Origin: Nitrosospira multiformis ATCC 25196
GTDB taxonomy: Bacteria; Pseudomonadota; Gammaproteobacteria; Burkholderiales; Nitrosomonadaceae
Direction of reading: 5' to 3'
Assembly: GCF_000196355.1 (NCBI RefSeq)
Contig: NC_007614.1
Location: 2,610,001-2,642,000 of the forward strand
DNA length: 32,000 nt
The notes beneath the pieces are model-generated. The model saw nothing but the letters and a program-made list of their open reading frames with translations, was not told the origin of the DNA and did not search any database. The translations under genes were made by a program, and so were the position numbers. This document shows positions 1-8,533 of the stretch, one piece after another (the first letter of the stretch is position 1; each line of letters begins with the position of its first letter).

Positions 1-169
1 CGAGCGCTCCTATGAGCGCCCCCAGACCGAAGCAGACTGCGATCACAACGGCAAGCGATGCATCTGCACGCCAAAGCAAGAATATGACGCTTACCTCAAC
101 AGCGTTCTGAACCGCAAACGTGACAATGAGGAAAACGATGACGAGTGCTGCAATCAATTGCAATTGCAT
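1..169 (-). CDS. LapA/DUF1049-domain small inner-membrane protein, N-terminal part only (gene runs off the left edge)
   Basis: Not in the supplied ORF track because no stop is reached inside the window. Reverse-strand ATG at 169..167, with AAGGAG (175..180 on +) 5 nt upstream. My translation is MQLQLIAALVIVFLIVTFAVQNAVEVSVIFLLWRADASLAVVIAVCFGLGALIGAL. It shows two hydrophobic helices around the F-A-x-Q-N motif typical of LapA-domain proteins. Confidence 0.55.
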   Translation of the reverse strand, partial: MQLQLIAALVIVFLIVTFAVQNAVEVSVIFLLWRADASLAVVIAVCFGLGALIGAL

Positions 170-368
170 AACAACTCCTTTCCGGACACCCGTACCCGAA
201 TCGGGGAAAACTCCTTCGCCCCCGCAAGAAGCACGATATATCAAATACGAACGTGGAAGACCTGGCGGGCGATACCTGCTGGTTCCGGTTGTAAAAGGTG
301 ATGGAAAGAGAGCGTCCGAAGACTGGTCCGAACGCGATTCCGTACACTTGAATCAGCAAAAGGATGAT

Positions 369-409
369 TGAACAAAAGTGGCGCTATCCTCACGGCAAGC
401 AGGCCACTT
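369..409 (-). terminator. Rho-independent terminator candidate downstream of the pbpG-like gene
   Basis: Perfect 7-bp inverted repeat AAGTGGC (376..382) / GCCACTT (403..409), extendable by 3 bp (383..385 with 398..400). It starts 7 nt after the TAG stop at 416..418. On the minus strand it is followed by a U-rich run (ACUUUUGUU). Confidence 0.5.
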
Positions 410-415
410 CACTCG

Positions 416-1252
416 CTAACCGCGTATTTTACGGGTGAACCCGGTTTCCAGCCATTTCTTGATACGATTGGCATCGCCAATCCGGGAATTCTTTCCCCAG
501 GAATCGAGCAGCACGATTATGGTCGGCTTGCCTGTGATATTTGCATGCATCACCAGACAGCGCCCCGCCTCGCTGAGAAACCCTGTTTTGGATATCCCGA
601 TATCCCAACTGCTGCTCCTTACCAACCTGTTGGAATTGACGTAATTCAGGTTGCGGCTGCGTACCTTCCCCATGGATGCCACCTCGTGGGCAGCGGTCGT
701 GGAAAATACGCGGATGAGGCGGTACCCGTGTGCCGCCTTGACCATCTTTGCCAGATCGCGGGCGGTGGAGACATTACCGCTGTTCAAGCCGGTCGAGTCA
801 ACGAAATAGGTGCTGCCCATTCCCAACTGGAATGCCTTGCGGTTCATGGCTGCAACAAACGCATTCAGGCCGCCGGGATAGGTACGTCCCAGCGCTGCAG
901 CAGCGCGATTCTCCGAAGACATCAAGGCCAGCCGCAACAATTCTCCGCGGGTGAACTTCGTTCCTACCCTCAGGCGGGAACGGGTATACTTGATGACATC
1001 GACATCAGCCGAGTCGATGACTATTTCCTGGTTCAGCGGCAGTTTTGCATCGAGCACAACCATTGCGGTCATGAGTTTGGTAATCGAAGCAATCGGCATG
1101 ACACTGTCTGCGTTCTTGTGGAAAAGAACCTGTCCCCGCTGTGGATCCACAACCAGCGCCGAGTTGGACCGGAGAGACAAGTCGGCCGGTTTTGCAAAAG
1201 CGCCTCCCATAAACGCAAGCGTGGCACAAACTACCAATATGGCGTTCTTCAT
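416..1252 (-). CDS. pbpG: D-alanyl-D-alanine endopeptidase/carboxypeptidase (PBP7/PbpG-like, peptidase S11)
   Basis: 278 aa. Signal peptide MKNAILVVCATLAFMGGAFA. All three penicillin-binding motifs are present: SITK (SxxK), SEN (SxN) and KTG. Size and motif order fit low-molecular-weight class C PBPs. Confidence 0.85.
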   Translation of the reverse strand: MKNAILVVCATLAFMGGAFAKPADLSLRSNSALVVDPQRGQVLFHKNADSVMPIASITKLMTAMVVLDAKLPLNQEIVIDSADVDVIKYTRSRLRVGTKFTRGELLRLALMSSENRAAAALGRTYPGGLNAFVAAMNRKAFQLGMGSTYFVDSTGLNSGNVSTARDLAKMVKAAHGYRLIRVFSTTAAHEVASMGKVRSRNLNYVNSNRLVRSSSWDIGISKTGFLSEAGRCLVMHANITGKPTIIVLLDSWGKNSRIGDANRIKKWLETGFTRKIRG

Positions 1253-1422
1253 TTGTCATTATCCAATGGAGTTGTCCGCCCTCCCTGCGGACTGGGCCTA
1301 CCGCCGATAAAGTACCAAATATCACGAGCTAGGGAAAGAGCTATGTTCAGGGGGGCGCACACGGAGAGAATTTTTCTAGGAGGAAAGCAAATGAGAATGG
1401 AGACTCGGTGAGGGACGGGGAC

Positions 1423-4400
1423 TTACTGCTCGGCGCAAATGCCGTTGCTCATTGACAGACGGTAGCCACCCATGAGCACTTTGGATGCGCCCTCGAGCGG
1501 CAAAGGCTGGGAAAAATAGTAGCCCTGCATTTCGTCGCATCCGTGCCTTATCAGAAACTCCAGTTGCGCCCTTGTTTCGACGCCTTCAGCCACTACTTTC
1601 AACCCGAGGCTGTGCGCGAGCTTGATCATGGCTACGGTAATGGTTGCATCGTCGGGATCCGTCGTGACATCGCGGATGAAAGCACGGTCGATCTTGAGTA
1701 CATCCAGAGGAAAGCGCTTGAGATAGGCAAGACTGGAATAGCCGGTACCAAAATCGTCCATCGATATCTGGACACCGAAGGCTTTCAGATTCTGCAAGGC
1801 GTTGGCGGCCATCTCGGCCTCCTTCATCAATACTGACTCCGTAAGCTCGAATTCCAGCAGACGCGGATCGATGTTCGTAGCCCTCAGCGTTTCCCCGATA
1901 ATGCTATCCAGATCCTGTTGCTGAAACTGCCGGGCTGACAGATTGATGGCGATGGGATGCAACACCAGCCCCTGGCCCTGCCATTCCCTGATCTGCTCAC
2001 AAACCGTTTTCACCACCCACTCGCCTACCGCTACGATCAATCCCGTATCCTCGAGGACGGAAATGAACTGCAGTGGAGGCACCAGTCCATGCGCGGGGTG
2101 CTGCCAGCGCAGGAGCGCCTCGAAACCGGTAATCTCTCCGTTGATCAGGCTTGCTTTGGGTTGGTAGTGAAGCACGAACTCGCGCCGTGCCAGAGCGCCG
2201 CGAAGTTGCGTCTCGATTTTCAGGCGAGCCACCGCGCGCTCATTCATCTGCGGAAGATAAAACTGATAAATCGCCGGTCCCTGCTCTTTTGCCTGGAACA
2301 TCGCTGTATCCGCATTTCTGAGCAGGCTGTCTGCATCGGTACCATCGCCGGGATAGATGCTGATTCCAAGGCTTGCAGAAACATAGATCTCCTGTGTTTC
2401 CAGCTCGAAGGGTACCTGGAGCGCCGAAATAACCTTTTCTGCAATTAAGGTTGCATCTTCAGGCTGTACGAGATCAGACAGAATCAGGGCAAATTCATCC
2501 CCTCCAAGGCGGGCAACCGTGTCGCATGAACGCACACACTGCTGCAGTCTCTTTGCGACATGGATCAGCAGCTCGTCACCGGTAGAATGGCCCATTGTGT
2601 CGTTGACGATCTTGAAGCGGTCCAGATCCGCAAATACCACGCCGACCCGGCGACGATTGCGATGGGCATGTTCCATCGCCTGGCGGAGACGATCAAGAAA
2701 AAGACTTCGATTAGGCAGTTCCGTCAGGGGATCAAACTGGGCCAGGTAGGTGAGGCGCTCCTCCGTTGTCTTGCGGTCAATTGCGGTTGCGAGAATATTC
2801 GCGAGACTCTGAAGAAAATTGATACTGCTGGACGTGAAGCGCTGTGGCTCGGGCGAATAGGCTCCAAGGATCCCATAAGGTCCCCCCGCCCCCGAAATAA
2901 GCACATCTGCGCAACTGCGTATATTATGGCTCTTCAGGATGCTGGAAGGCTTGAAACGGGTTTCCGTCTGGAAGTCCTCCACAATGACGGATTGATGGCT
3001 CGCGAGTACAAAGCGATTTTGACTGTTCTCGTATGTAAACGATATTTGCCTTCCAATCCAGTCTTTCTGCCAGCCGACCCCGGATTTAAGAACAAAAGAA
3101 CGGAAATCCGGCGCAAGCTGGAGCGCCTTGCAGAACTCGACATTGAGACCTTGAGAAGCAATCACCGCTGCCTGGCCCCACAACAGAGCAAGATTTCCGC
3201 TGGCGAGCGCCTGTTGCCCGAATGCGGCAATGAGTCCCTGCTGCATGGCATGCTCCTGGATTGCAAAGTCAGTTTGCTTCCGTTTGGTAATGTCGATAGC
3301 CGTCCCCACTATTCTCAGCTCATCTGGATTGGTGCTCCATTTCAACGCCTTGGCGATATGCAGATGGCGCACCGTCTTGTGTTCGCGCAAAATCCGGAAA
3401 TCGAGTTGAACGCGCCCATTCTCGGCGCTGACCCGTTCCAGATGCATCTCCTGCTGGGGCAAATCGTCCGGATGGGTATAGGATTTCCATATGTCATATG
3501 TGATGCGACTCCCTGGAGCAATCCCGTAGATCTCGTACATCCGGTCATTCCAGATCATTTCATTGGTCGCAGTATTCCACTCCCAGATACCGATGGCGGC
3601 TGCTTCCGTGGCAAGAGCAAGTCGTGTCCTCTCTTCCAGCAAGACGCGCTCCCTTCTGTTCGATTCTGCCCGCAGCCAGACATTTTCTATGACAGTCGGC
3701 AATCGCTGGAGGTAGCCTGCGGTCTTCACCACGTAATCGGCAGCACCCAGTTTCAGCGACTGCCGGGCGATCTCCTCATCCTCGCTCCCGATAAAGAGAA
3801 TGATGGGCAGATCAAGCCCTCGTACCTGGCAAAGCTCCTTCAGAACGTCCGTCGCCGAGGCGCCGGGCAAGCGGTAATCGAGCAGCAACACGTCAACGTC
3901 GGTCTTTCTATCCTGTTCAGCAAGATAGGAAAAAACCTCCTCAGCTGACTGAACAGATTCGATTCGAAGGTGTGGCGCAGTGGAAGCCAGTGCCTGTTTC
4001 ATCGTTTCGGCGTCATGCGGATTAGGCTCGACGTATAAAACCTGGAGTACCGTGGCGCGGCGGTAAGTTTCTGTCTGGAACTTGTCGAGCGTCGCCCGAA
4101 GCACGAGTCCAAGAGTTTCGAGAAAGCGCCCGTGCTTTATGACGTAATCGTCAGCTCCTGCTCGAAGTAACGAGAGGATGGCTTCTTCTCTGCTGGAACC
4201 GGTAAGAACCACGACTGGAAGCGGCAGATGTCGTCTGCGAATCTGAGCCAGCAACGTTTCCCCACTTCCGTCCGGAAGGTTGAGGTCCGTCAGGACGATA
4301 TCGTAGCGAGTAGAGACTGCCGGTTTGGCGATTGGAATACCGAGGCTGGTTCCATAGAGATCCTGGAATCTTTCCACGCGATGCAAAGCTTCCGCCAGCG

Positions 4401-4500
4401 AACTGACGATATCGAGCTGAATGTCGGGCGCGCGTTTTTTCAGCTCCAATCGCACCAGATCGGCATCCAGCGCATTATCCTCAAGGTACAGCACTCTCAT
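1423..4500 (-). CDS. Hybrid c-di-GMP signalling protein: REC-REC-PAS-GAF-GGDEF-EAL
   Basis: 1025 aa. REC1 has E-D, TDLNLPDGSG, LTGSS and DYVIKH. REC2 has LLLDYRLPG but a degenerate acidic pocket. A PAS-like segment follows (IGIWEWNTATNEMIWNDRMYEIYG), then a GAF-like segment. The GGDEF domain has an intact RLGGDEF and an RxxD I-site (RSCD) 5 residues upstream. The EAL domain has EALLRW, DDFGTGYSSL, KIDRAF, EGVET and QGYYFSQP. Confidence 0.9.
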   Translation of the reverse strand: MRVLYLEDNALDADLVRLELKKRAPDIQLDIVSSLAEALHRVERFQDLYGTSLGIPIAKPAVSTRYDIVLTDLNLPDGSGETLLAQIRRRHLPLPVVVLTGSSREEAILSLLRAGADDYVIKHGRFLETLGLVLRATLDKFQTETYRRATVLQVLYVEPNPHDAETMKQALASTAPHLRIESVQSAEEVFSYLAEQDRKTDVDVLLLDYRLPGASATDVLKELCQVRGLDLPIILFIGSEDEEIARQSLKLGAADYVVKTAGYLQRLPTVIENVWLRAESNRRERVLLEERTRLALATEAAAIGIWEWNTATNEMIWNDRMYEIYGIAPGSRITYDIWKSYTHPDDLPQQEMHLERVSAENGRVQLDFRILREHKTVRHLHIAKALKWSTNPDELRIVGTAIDITKRKQTDFAIQEHAMQQGLIAAFGQQALASGNLALLWGQAAVIASQGLNVEFCKALQLAPDFRSFVLKSGVGWQKDWIGRQISFTYENSQNRFVLASHQSVIVEDFQTETRFKPSSILKSHNIRSCADVLISGAGGPYGILGAYSPEPQRFTSSSINFLQSLANILATAIDRKTTEERLTYLAQFDPLTELPNRSLFLDRLRQAMEHAHRNRRRVGVVFADLDRFKIVNDTMGHSTGDELLIHVAKRLQQCVRSCDTVARLGGDEFALILSDLVQPEDATLIAEKVISALQVPFELETQEIYVSASLGISIYPGDGTDADSLLRNADTAMFQAKEQGPAIYQFYLPQMNERAVARLKIETQLRGALARREFVLHYQPKASLINGEITGFEALLRWQHPAHGLVPPLQFISVLEDTGLIVAVGEWVVKTVCEQIREWQGQGLVLHPIAINLSARQFQQQDLDSIIGETLRATNIDPRLLEFELTESVLMKEAEMAANALQNLKAFGVQISMDDFGTGYSSLAYLKRFPLDVLKIDRAFIRDVTTDPDDATITVAMIKLAHSLGLKVVAEGVETRAQLEFLIRHGCDEMQGYYFSQPLPLEGASKVLMGGYRLSMSNGICAEQ

Positions 4501-4631
4501 CGGGAAACCTTTAAATGATCTCCCCGAAGGCCGGAAAAGGCTCTCGAGGACTTCGGTTTCCTATCGTATCCTCGCACCCTTCGGGGTATTGCCCGAGCCC
4601 TGCGCGACCTCGCATCCTGCATGAAACTCAT

Positions 4632-5072
4632 TCAGAAACCTCTAATCCTTGCAGAACAATGGGTATTAAGAACAGTCCAGTAGAGCTCGATCTGCCGGGC
4701 CACATCGATGAATTTTTCGAAGTCCACCGGCTTTACGATGTAGGAGTTCGCCCCGAGCAGATAGGCTTCATGAACGTCGGCATCTTCGGAAGAAGACGTA
4801 AGCACCACCACCGGAACGGTTCCAAGCAAGGAATGCTCCCGTATGGTTCGCAGGACTTCCAGTCCGTTTACCTTGGGTAGTTTGAGGTCTAGCAGTACAA
4901 CCGAAGGCGGGAGATCGCCCGTTCTCCAGCTGGAAAGAAAATCGAGCGCTTCCTGACCATCCCGCAACACTTCGAGTGGATTGGTCAGGTTGTGCCGCAC
5001 AAAAGCACGCCGCGTGAGATCGACATCCATCGGGTTGTCTTCAATAAGCAGAATCGGCAACGCAGTGTTCAT
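4632..5072 (-). CDS. Single-domain (CheY-like) response regulator
   Basis: 146 aa. ILLIEDNPMD acidic pocket, phospho-acceptor in VLLDLKLPKVNG, VVVLTSS and SYIVKP. No output domain. Starts 12 nt after the stop of the upstream kinase gene. Confidence 0.9.
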   Translation of the reverse strand: MNTALPILLIEDNPMDVDLTRRAFVRHNLTNPLEVLRDGQEALDFLSSWRTGDLPPSVVLLDLKLPKVNGLEVLRTIREHSLLGTVPVVVLTSSSEDADVHEAYLLGANSYIVKPVDFEKFIDVARQIELYWTVLNTHCSARIRGF

Positions 5073-5084
5073 GAAAACACACCC

Positions 5085-7097
5085 CTATAAGGCCTGTTCC
5101 TGCAACTGCTCGAATGGCATAAGGCCAGACAGTGGCAGTTGCAGGTAAAAGACAGCACCGGCACCTACCTGGCTTTCCGCCCACACCCGTCCTCCCATAC
5201 GCTCCATCGCTTTTTGCACCATTGCAAGCCCGATGCCCGTCCCCGGATATTCCTCGGCCCGTTGCAAGCGCTGGAATATCTCAAAAATTTTGTCGTAAAA
5301 ACGCATATCGAATCCAATACCGTTGTCGCGCACGCAAAGAATGCAATTGCTATCCGAAGTCCAGGCACGGATTTCGATGGTGGGCTCTGGAGCATGGATG
5401 GAGAACTTGACAGCGTTATCGACCAGGTTGCGTAGAGCGATCGCAAGACCATCGGGATCAGCGCGAACGTGGAAATCATCCATACTGACAGTGAGGCGCA
5501 CGTTCTGCAGATTATCCCCAAACTGGGCCAACACCTTTGATACGAAAGCGGGAAGCCTGATGACCATCGAAGACAGTTTTCGCCGCTCAAGTTTCGAGTA
5601 GGAGAGCAGATCTTCGATTAAATCCGTCATATGCTTGGTGGCTGAACGGACATTTGTCAGAAAACTGCGACCTTCCTCGTCGAGGCGTTCGTAGTAGTTT
5701 TCCAGCAACAGCCGGCTGTACCCGGCTATCCCACGCAGGGGCGCCCTCAGATCATGCGATACCGAATAACAGAAATTTTCCAGTTCCTTGCTCTTGGCAA
5801 GAAGCTGGGCAGTACGCTCATTCACCTTGTATTCAAGATTAACCTTGGCGTCACGCAAGGCTTCCTCCGCCTGTTTGCGCTCGGTGATATCCTTAATGGT
5901 AAGAAAAGCCAGCCCTTTACTGTTCTCGTAGCGCAAAACCGTTCCGGAATAACTGAAGATTCTCAACCACTCTTTATCCAGCCGCCTGATGCGCAGTTCC
6001 AGATCATGCAGGTGTTCGCCCCGGAGAATACGCGTCAAAGGCCATTGATCTATAGGCACGACGTTGCCCTCGGTTGTCGATAACTCATAGATCCGGGCAA
6101 AATTATGAAGACTGCCAAAAACTTCTTCCGCATTCTCGATCTCATGCATTCGCAAAGCGGCAGGATTCCAGCGGAGAAGATTACGATTGAAATCGGAGAT
6201 GATAAGCCCCTCGCTCATATGCTCCATCACCACCTGAAGCCGCTTTTCTGTCTCACGCTGCGCCTCTTCCCGGAGTCTCTGATCGTGGACGTCGGTATTG
6301 GTCCCGAACCACTGCACAACCTGACCGTCCTCGTTTCTTAACGGCTCGGCGCGGGTCAGAAATACCCGGAGTTCCCCGTCTGCACCCCGCAGTGGAATTT
6401 CCATATCGAGCGGCTGCTCAGCAGCAGTAGCTTCGCTCCAACGTTTTATTACCTCCGGCAGCAGCTGGGGATCATGAACCTTTTGCCAGCCCCAGCCCAT
6501 CATCTCTTCGGGAGTGGTGCCGGTATAGTCGTACCAGCGCTGGTTGTACCAGGATCTGGAGCCGTCCGTCTCCCCTATCCATGCAAGCTGCGGGATAGTA
6601 TTGACCATTGTCCGGAAGCGCGCCTCATTTGCACGCAACTTCGCCTCTGCGCGGCGGCGGGCGGTGAGATCGAACGCCATTACAAGAAATTGCACTTGCT
6701 CGGGGCGGGTGGACAGCTCCAGGTGAACCTCGACCGGATAATGCGTACCGTCCGCGCGCAGATGGGTCGCCTCGAACACCAGGATTTCTTTCCCACCCTT
6801 CATGAGTGGATCAATCAAAGCCCGGAACGATGTCTCGTCGAACTCGCGTTCGACTTCCAGCAGCGTCATCTTTTGCAGCGAATCCATGCTGTAGCCAAGA
6901 TTGCGCCGGGCTCCCCGGCTGGCGTACTCGAAATGCAGTGTCTGAGCATTCAGCAGATAAATTTCGTTCAGACTCTGATCGAGAATTTCTGCAATCGGGG
7001 TACGAACATTCTCCACAGTGGTAAGACGGGTCATATCGCGAGCGTTCTCAGAAGCGCACGCAACACTCCCTGTGTAGTTTTGGTTTAGGGATATCAT
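5085..7097 (-). CDS. Multi-PAS sensor histidine kinase
   Basis: 670 aa. Three PAS/PAC-like repeats. Coiled-coil linker into the H-box FCYSVSHDLRAPLRGIAGY. HATPase_c motifs are present: N-box LRNLVDNAVKF, DNGIGF and GTGIGLAMV. The start could be an internal Met (MTRLTT) instead. Confidence 0.88.
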   Translation of the reverse strand: MISLNQNYTGSVACASENARDMTRLTTVENVRTPIAEILDQSLNEIYLLNAQTLHFEYASRGARRNLGYSMDSLQKMTLLEVEREFDETSFRALIDPLMKGGKEILVFEATHLRADGTHYPVEVHLELSTRPEQVQFLVMAFDLTARRRAEAKLRANEARFRTMVNTIPQLAWIGETDGSRSWYNQRWYDYTGTTPEEMMGWGWQKVHDPQLLPEVIKRWSEATAAEQPLDMEIPLRGADGELRVFLTRAEPLRNEDGQVVQWFGTNTDVHDQRLREEAQRETEKRLQVVMEHMSEGLIISDFNRNLLRWNPAALRMHEIENAEEVFGSLHNFARIYELSTTEGNVVPIDQWPLTRILRGEHLHDLELRIRRLDKEWLRIFSYSGTVLRYENSKGLAFLTIKDITERKQAEEALRDAKVNLEYKVNERTAQLLAKSKELENFCYSVSHDLRAPLRGIAGYSRLLLENYYERLDEEGRSFLTNVRSATKHMTDLIEDLLSYSKLERRKLSSMVIRLPAFVSKVLAQFGDNLQNVRLTVSMDDFHVRADPDGLAIALRNLVDNAVKFSIHAPEPTIEIRAWTSDSNCILCVRDNGIGFDMRFYDKIFEIFQRLQRAEEYPGTGIGLAMVQKAMERMGGRVWAESQVGAGAVFYLQLPLSGLMPFEQLQEQAL

Positions 7098-7487
7098 TAC
7101 GGAAAAACCTGATGCTCTTTTGCAAGAACGATTCGACTCGGAAAAAACTTGGAAAAAACAGAGCTATGAAACCCTAAAACGGGCCGGGTGAATAGCTGTA
7201 AGATTTTACAGGTGGCAGGATGAAAATTAGGCTTCAGTGTTTGATCGAAACTTTCCGCAGACTGAAAAGGACAGGAGGGTAAACAGCCCTGATCTGTAAA
7301 TTTCCCCTATTCGTGAAAAAGGGAAGCGCATCTTTTTGAACCCTGCCCCACCGCGCTCACCGCATCATAAACATGTACCTGGTGGATGGAGCGCGTCTCC
7401 CCAGCTGCAGGAAATTGCAAGGCCTGGAGAAACAGTTGTCGATAATTTAATCAACATGGGACTTGTCGTCCCCGCTCGGAGATAAAC

Positions 7488-8135
7488 ATGCAGGAACTGA
7501 ATGCAACCTGGACCGCGCTGAAACTCGGCGGCTTTACCGTTTTGCCGCTGTCATTGCTGGCGGTGATCGCATTGGCGATCATGCTTGAAAAAGCGTTCAT
7601 CTATTGGAAGTTTGCCCGCCTGTCTCACGACCTGCTGAATCTGGTTGAGACTTACGGCTTTGCATGGGCCGATCTGGAAAAAATACTCTCCGGATTGGAT
7701 GATCGCCACTACTACAAGCGCTTCTTCGAGGTTGTGATCAGTAACAGGCACCATCCGTCCTGGTGGACGGAATCGCGCGCGGCAGACGAAGCCCAGTTAA
7801 TCGAGACATCGCTGGGACGCCGGTTGTGGGTATTGGAAACAATCGTCACCGCGGCGCCCCTGCTCGGGCTTGTCGGGACCGTTATCGGCATGATGCGCGC
7901 TTTCCAGGTCATTGGCGGCGAAGGGGTGGTTAACCCGACGGCCGTGACCGGAGGAGTAGCCGAAGCGCTTATCGCCACCGTCGTTGGCCTCCTGATTGCG
8001 CTGATTGCGCTCTTCGGCTTCAATTACTTCTCCCGCCTTCAATCCCAAACGATGGATGAGATGGAACGACTGGGCACGCGCCTCATCGATCATATTCGCC
8101 TGGATCAGGAGGAGAGCGGTCATGAAGCGGCGTAA
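7488..8135 (+). CDS. exbB: MotA/TolQ/ExbB-family proton channel
   Basis: 215 aa with three TM segments. Signature LLGLVGTVIGMMRAF and GVAEALIATVVGLLIAL. GGAGA lies 5 nt upstream of the ATG. Confidence 0.85.
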   Translation: MQELNATWTALKLGGFTVLPLSLLAVIALAIMLEKAFIYWKFARLSHDLLNLVETYGFAWADLEKILSGLDDRHYYKRFFEVVISNRHHPSWWTESRAADEAQLIETSLGRRLWVLETIVTAAPLLGLVGTVIGMMRAFQVIGGEGVVNPTAVTGGVAEALIATVVGLLIALIALFGFNYFSRLQSQTMDEMERLGTRLIDHIRLDQEESGHEAA

Positions 8136-8523
8136 ACCCAGGGAATACCGCAGGGGGCGCATCGAAATCATCCCGATGATCGACGTGATGTTTTTCCTGC
8201 TTGCCACATTCATGCTATCGTCATTATCGATGCAGAATCTCGATTCCCTGCAGGTGAATCTGCCGCAAGGCGAGGCCGAGAAACTCAGCGCCAAAACACC
8301 GGTTACCCTGACCTTGACGAGCGACAGCAAAATCTTTGTCAACCGCACGCCCGTGACCCTGGAGACGCTGGGAGACACTCTCAAACCACTGCTGCGCGCT
8401 TCCGAACAGAAAGTGGTGGTATCGGCAGACAGCGACGCACCGCAAGGGATTGTCGTGCAGGCGATGCTGCGTGCTCGTAGTGCGGGCGCGCAGCACTTTC
8501 TGATCGCCGTCAAACACGAGTAA
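8122..8523 (+). CDS. exbD: ExbD/TolR-family protein
   Basis: I trimmed ORF-track entry 8005..8523 to the ATG at 8122, which overlaps the exbB stop by 14 nt. N-terminus MKRRKPREYRRGRIEIIPMIDVMFFLLATFML carries the conserved TM Asp. A periplasmic ExbD-type domain follows. Confidence 0.85.
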   Translation: MKRRKPREYRRGRIEIIPMIDVMFFLLATFMLSSLSMQNLDSLQVNLPQGEAEKLSAKTPVTLTLTSDSKIFVNRTPVTLETLGDTLKPLLRASEQKVVVSADSDAPQGIVVQAMLRARSAGAQHFLIAVKHE

Positions 8524-8533
8524 TCCCGAACAC

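Noticed and set aside
96-371. Tracked ORFs 96..359(-) and 120..371(+) between pbpG and the window edge
   Set aside because: They use a non-ATG start (TTG at 359), have no recognisable domain, and overlap the better-supported LapA-like frame and the pbpG terminator hairpin.
1274-1292. 6-bp hairpin GTCCGC-CCTCCCT-GCGGAC between the GGDEF-EAL stop and the pbpG start
   Set aside because: There is no U-run on the transcribed strand, so its function is undeterminable. Noted only.
368-1411. Long ORFs antisense to well-supported genes: 368..1411(+), 2560..3948(+), 8510..9259(-), 7797..8513(-), 17171..17962(-), 17268..17945(-), 23724..24395(-), 24202..24981(-), 25050..25574(-), 29905..30471(+), 30304..30789(-), 11534..12274(-)
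   Set aside because: Each lies opposite a gene with clear family motifs. Their translations are Arg/Pro/Gly/Ser-rich and low-complexity, with no motifs. This is typical of shadow ORFs in moderately GC-rich DNA.
4501-4631. Hairpins in the 131-nt spacer between the CheY-like gene and the GGDEF-EAL gene (CCGAAG...CTTCGG at 4524..4556; ACCC-TTCG-GGGT at about 4576..4587), considered as an attenuator
   Set aside because: The stems are short (4-6 bp), with no U-tract and no leader peptide. This is not distinguishable from chance structure by eye.
7441-7459. Possible Fur box / -10 element GATAATTTAATCAACATGG 30-47 nt upstream of exbB, with TTGCAA at 7415..7420 as a possible -35
   Set aside because: Only the first hexamer matches the Fur consensus (GATAATGATAATCATTATC). 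The -35/-10 spacing would be 20 nt. This is too weak to call without a position-weight-matrix scan or transcription-start data.
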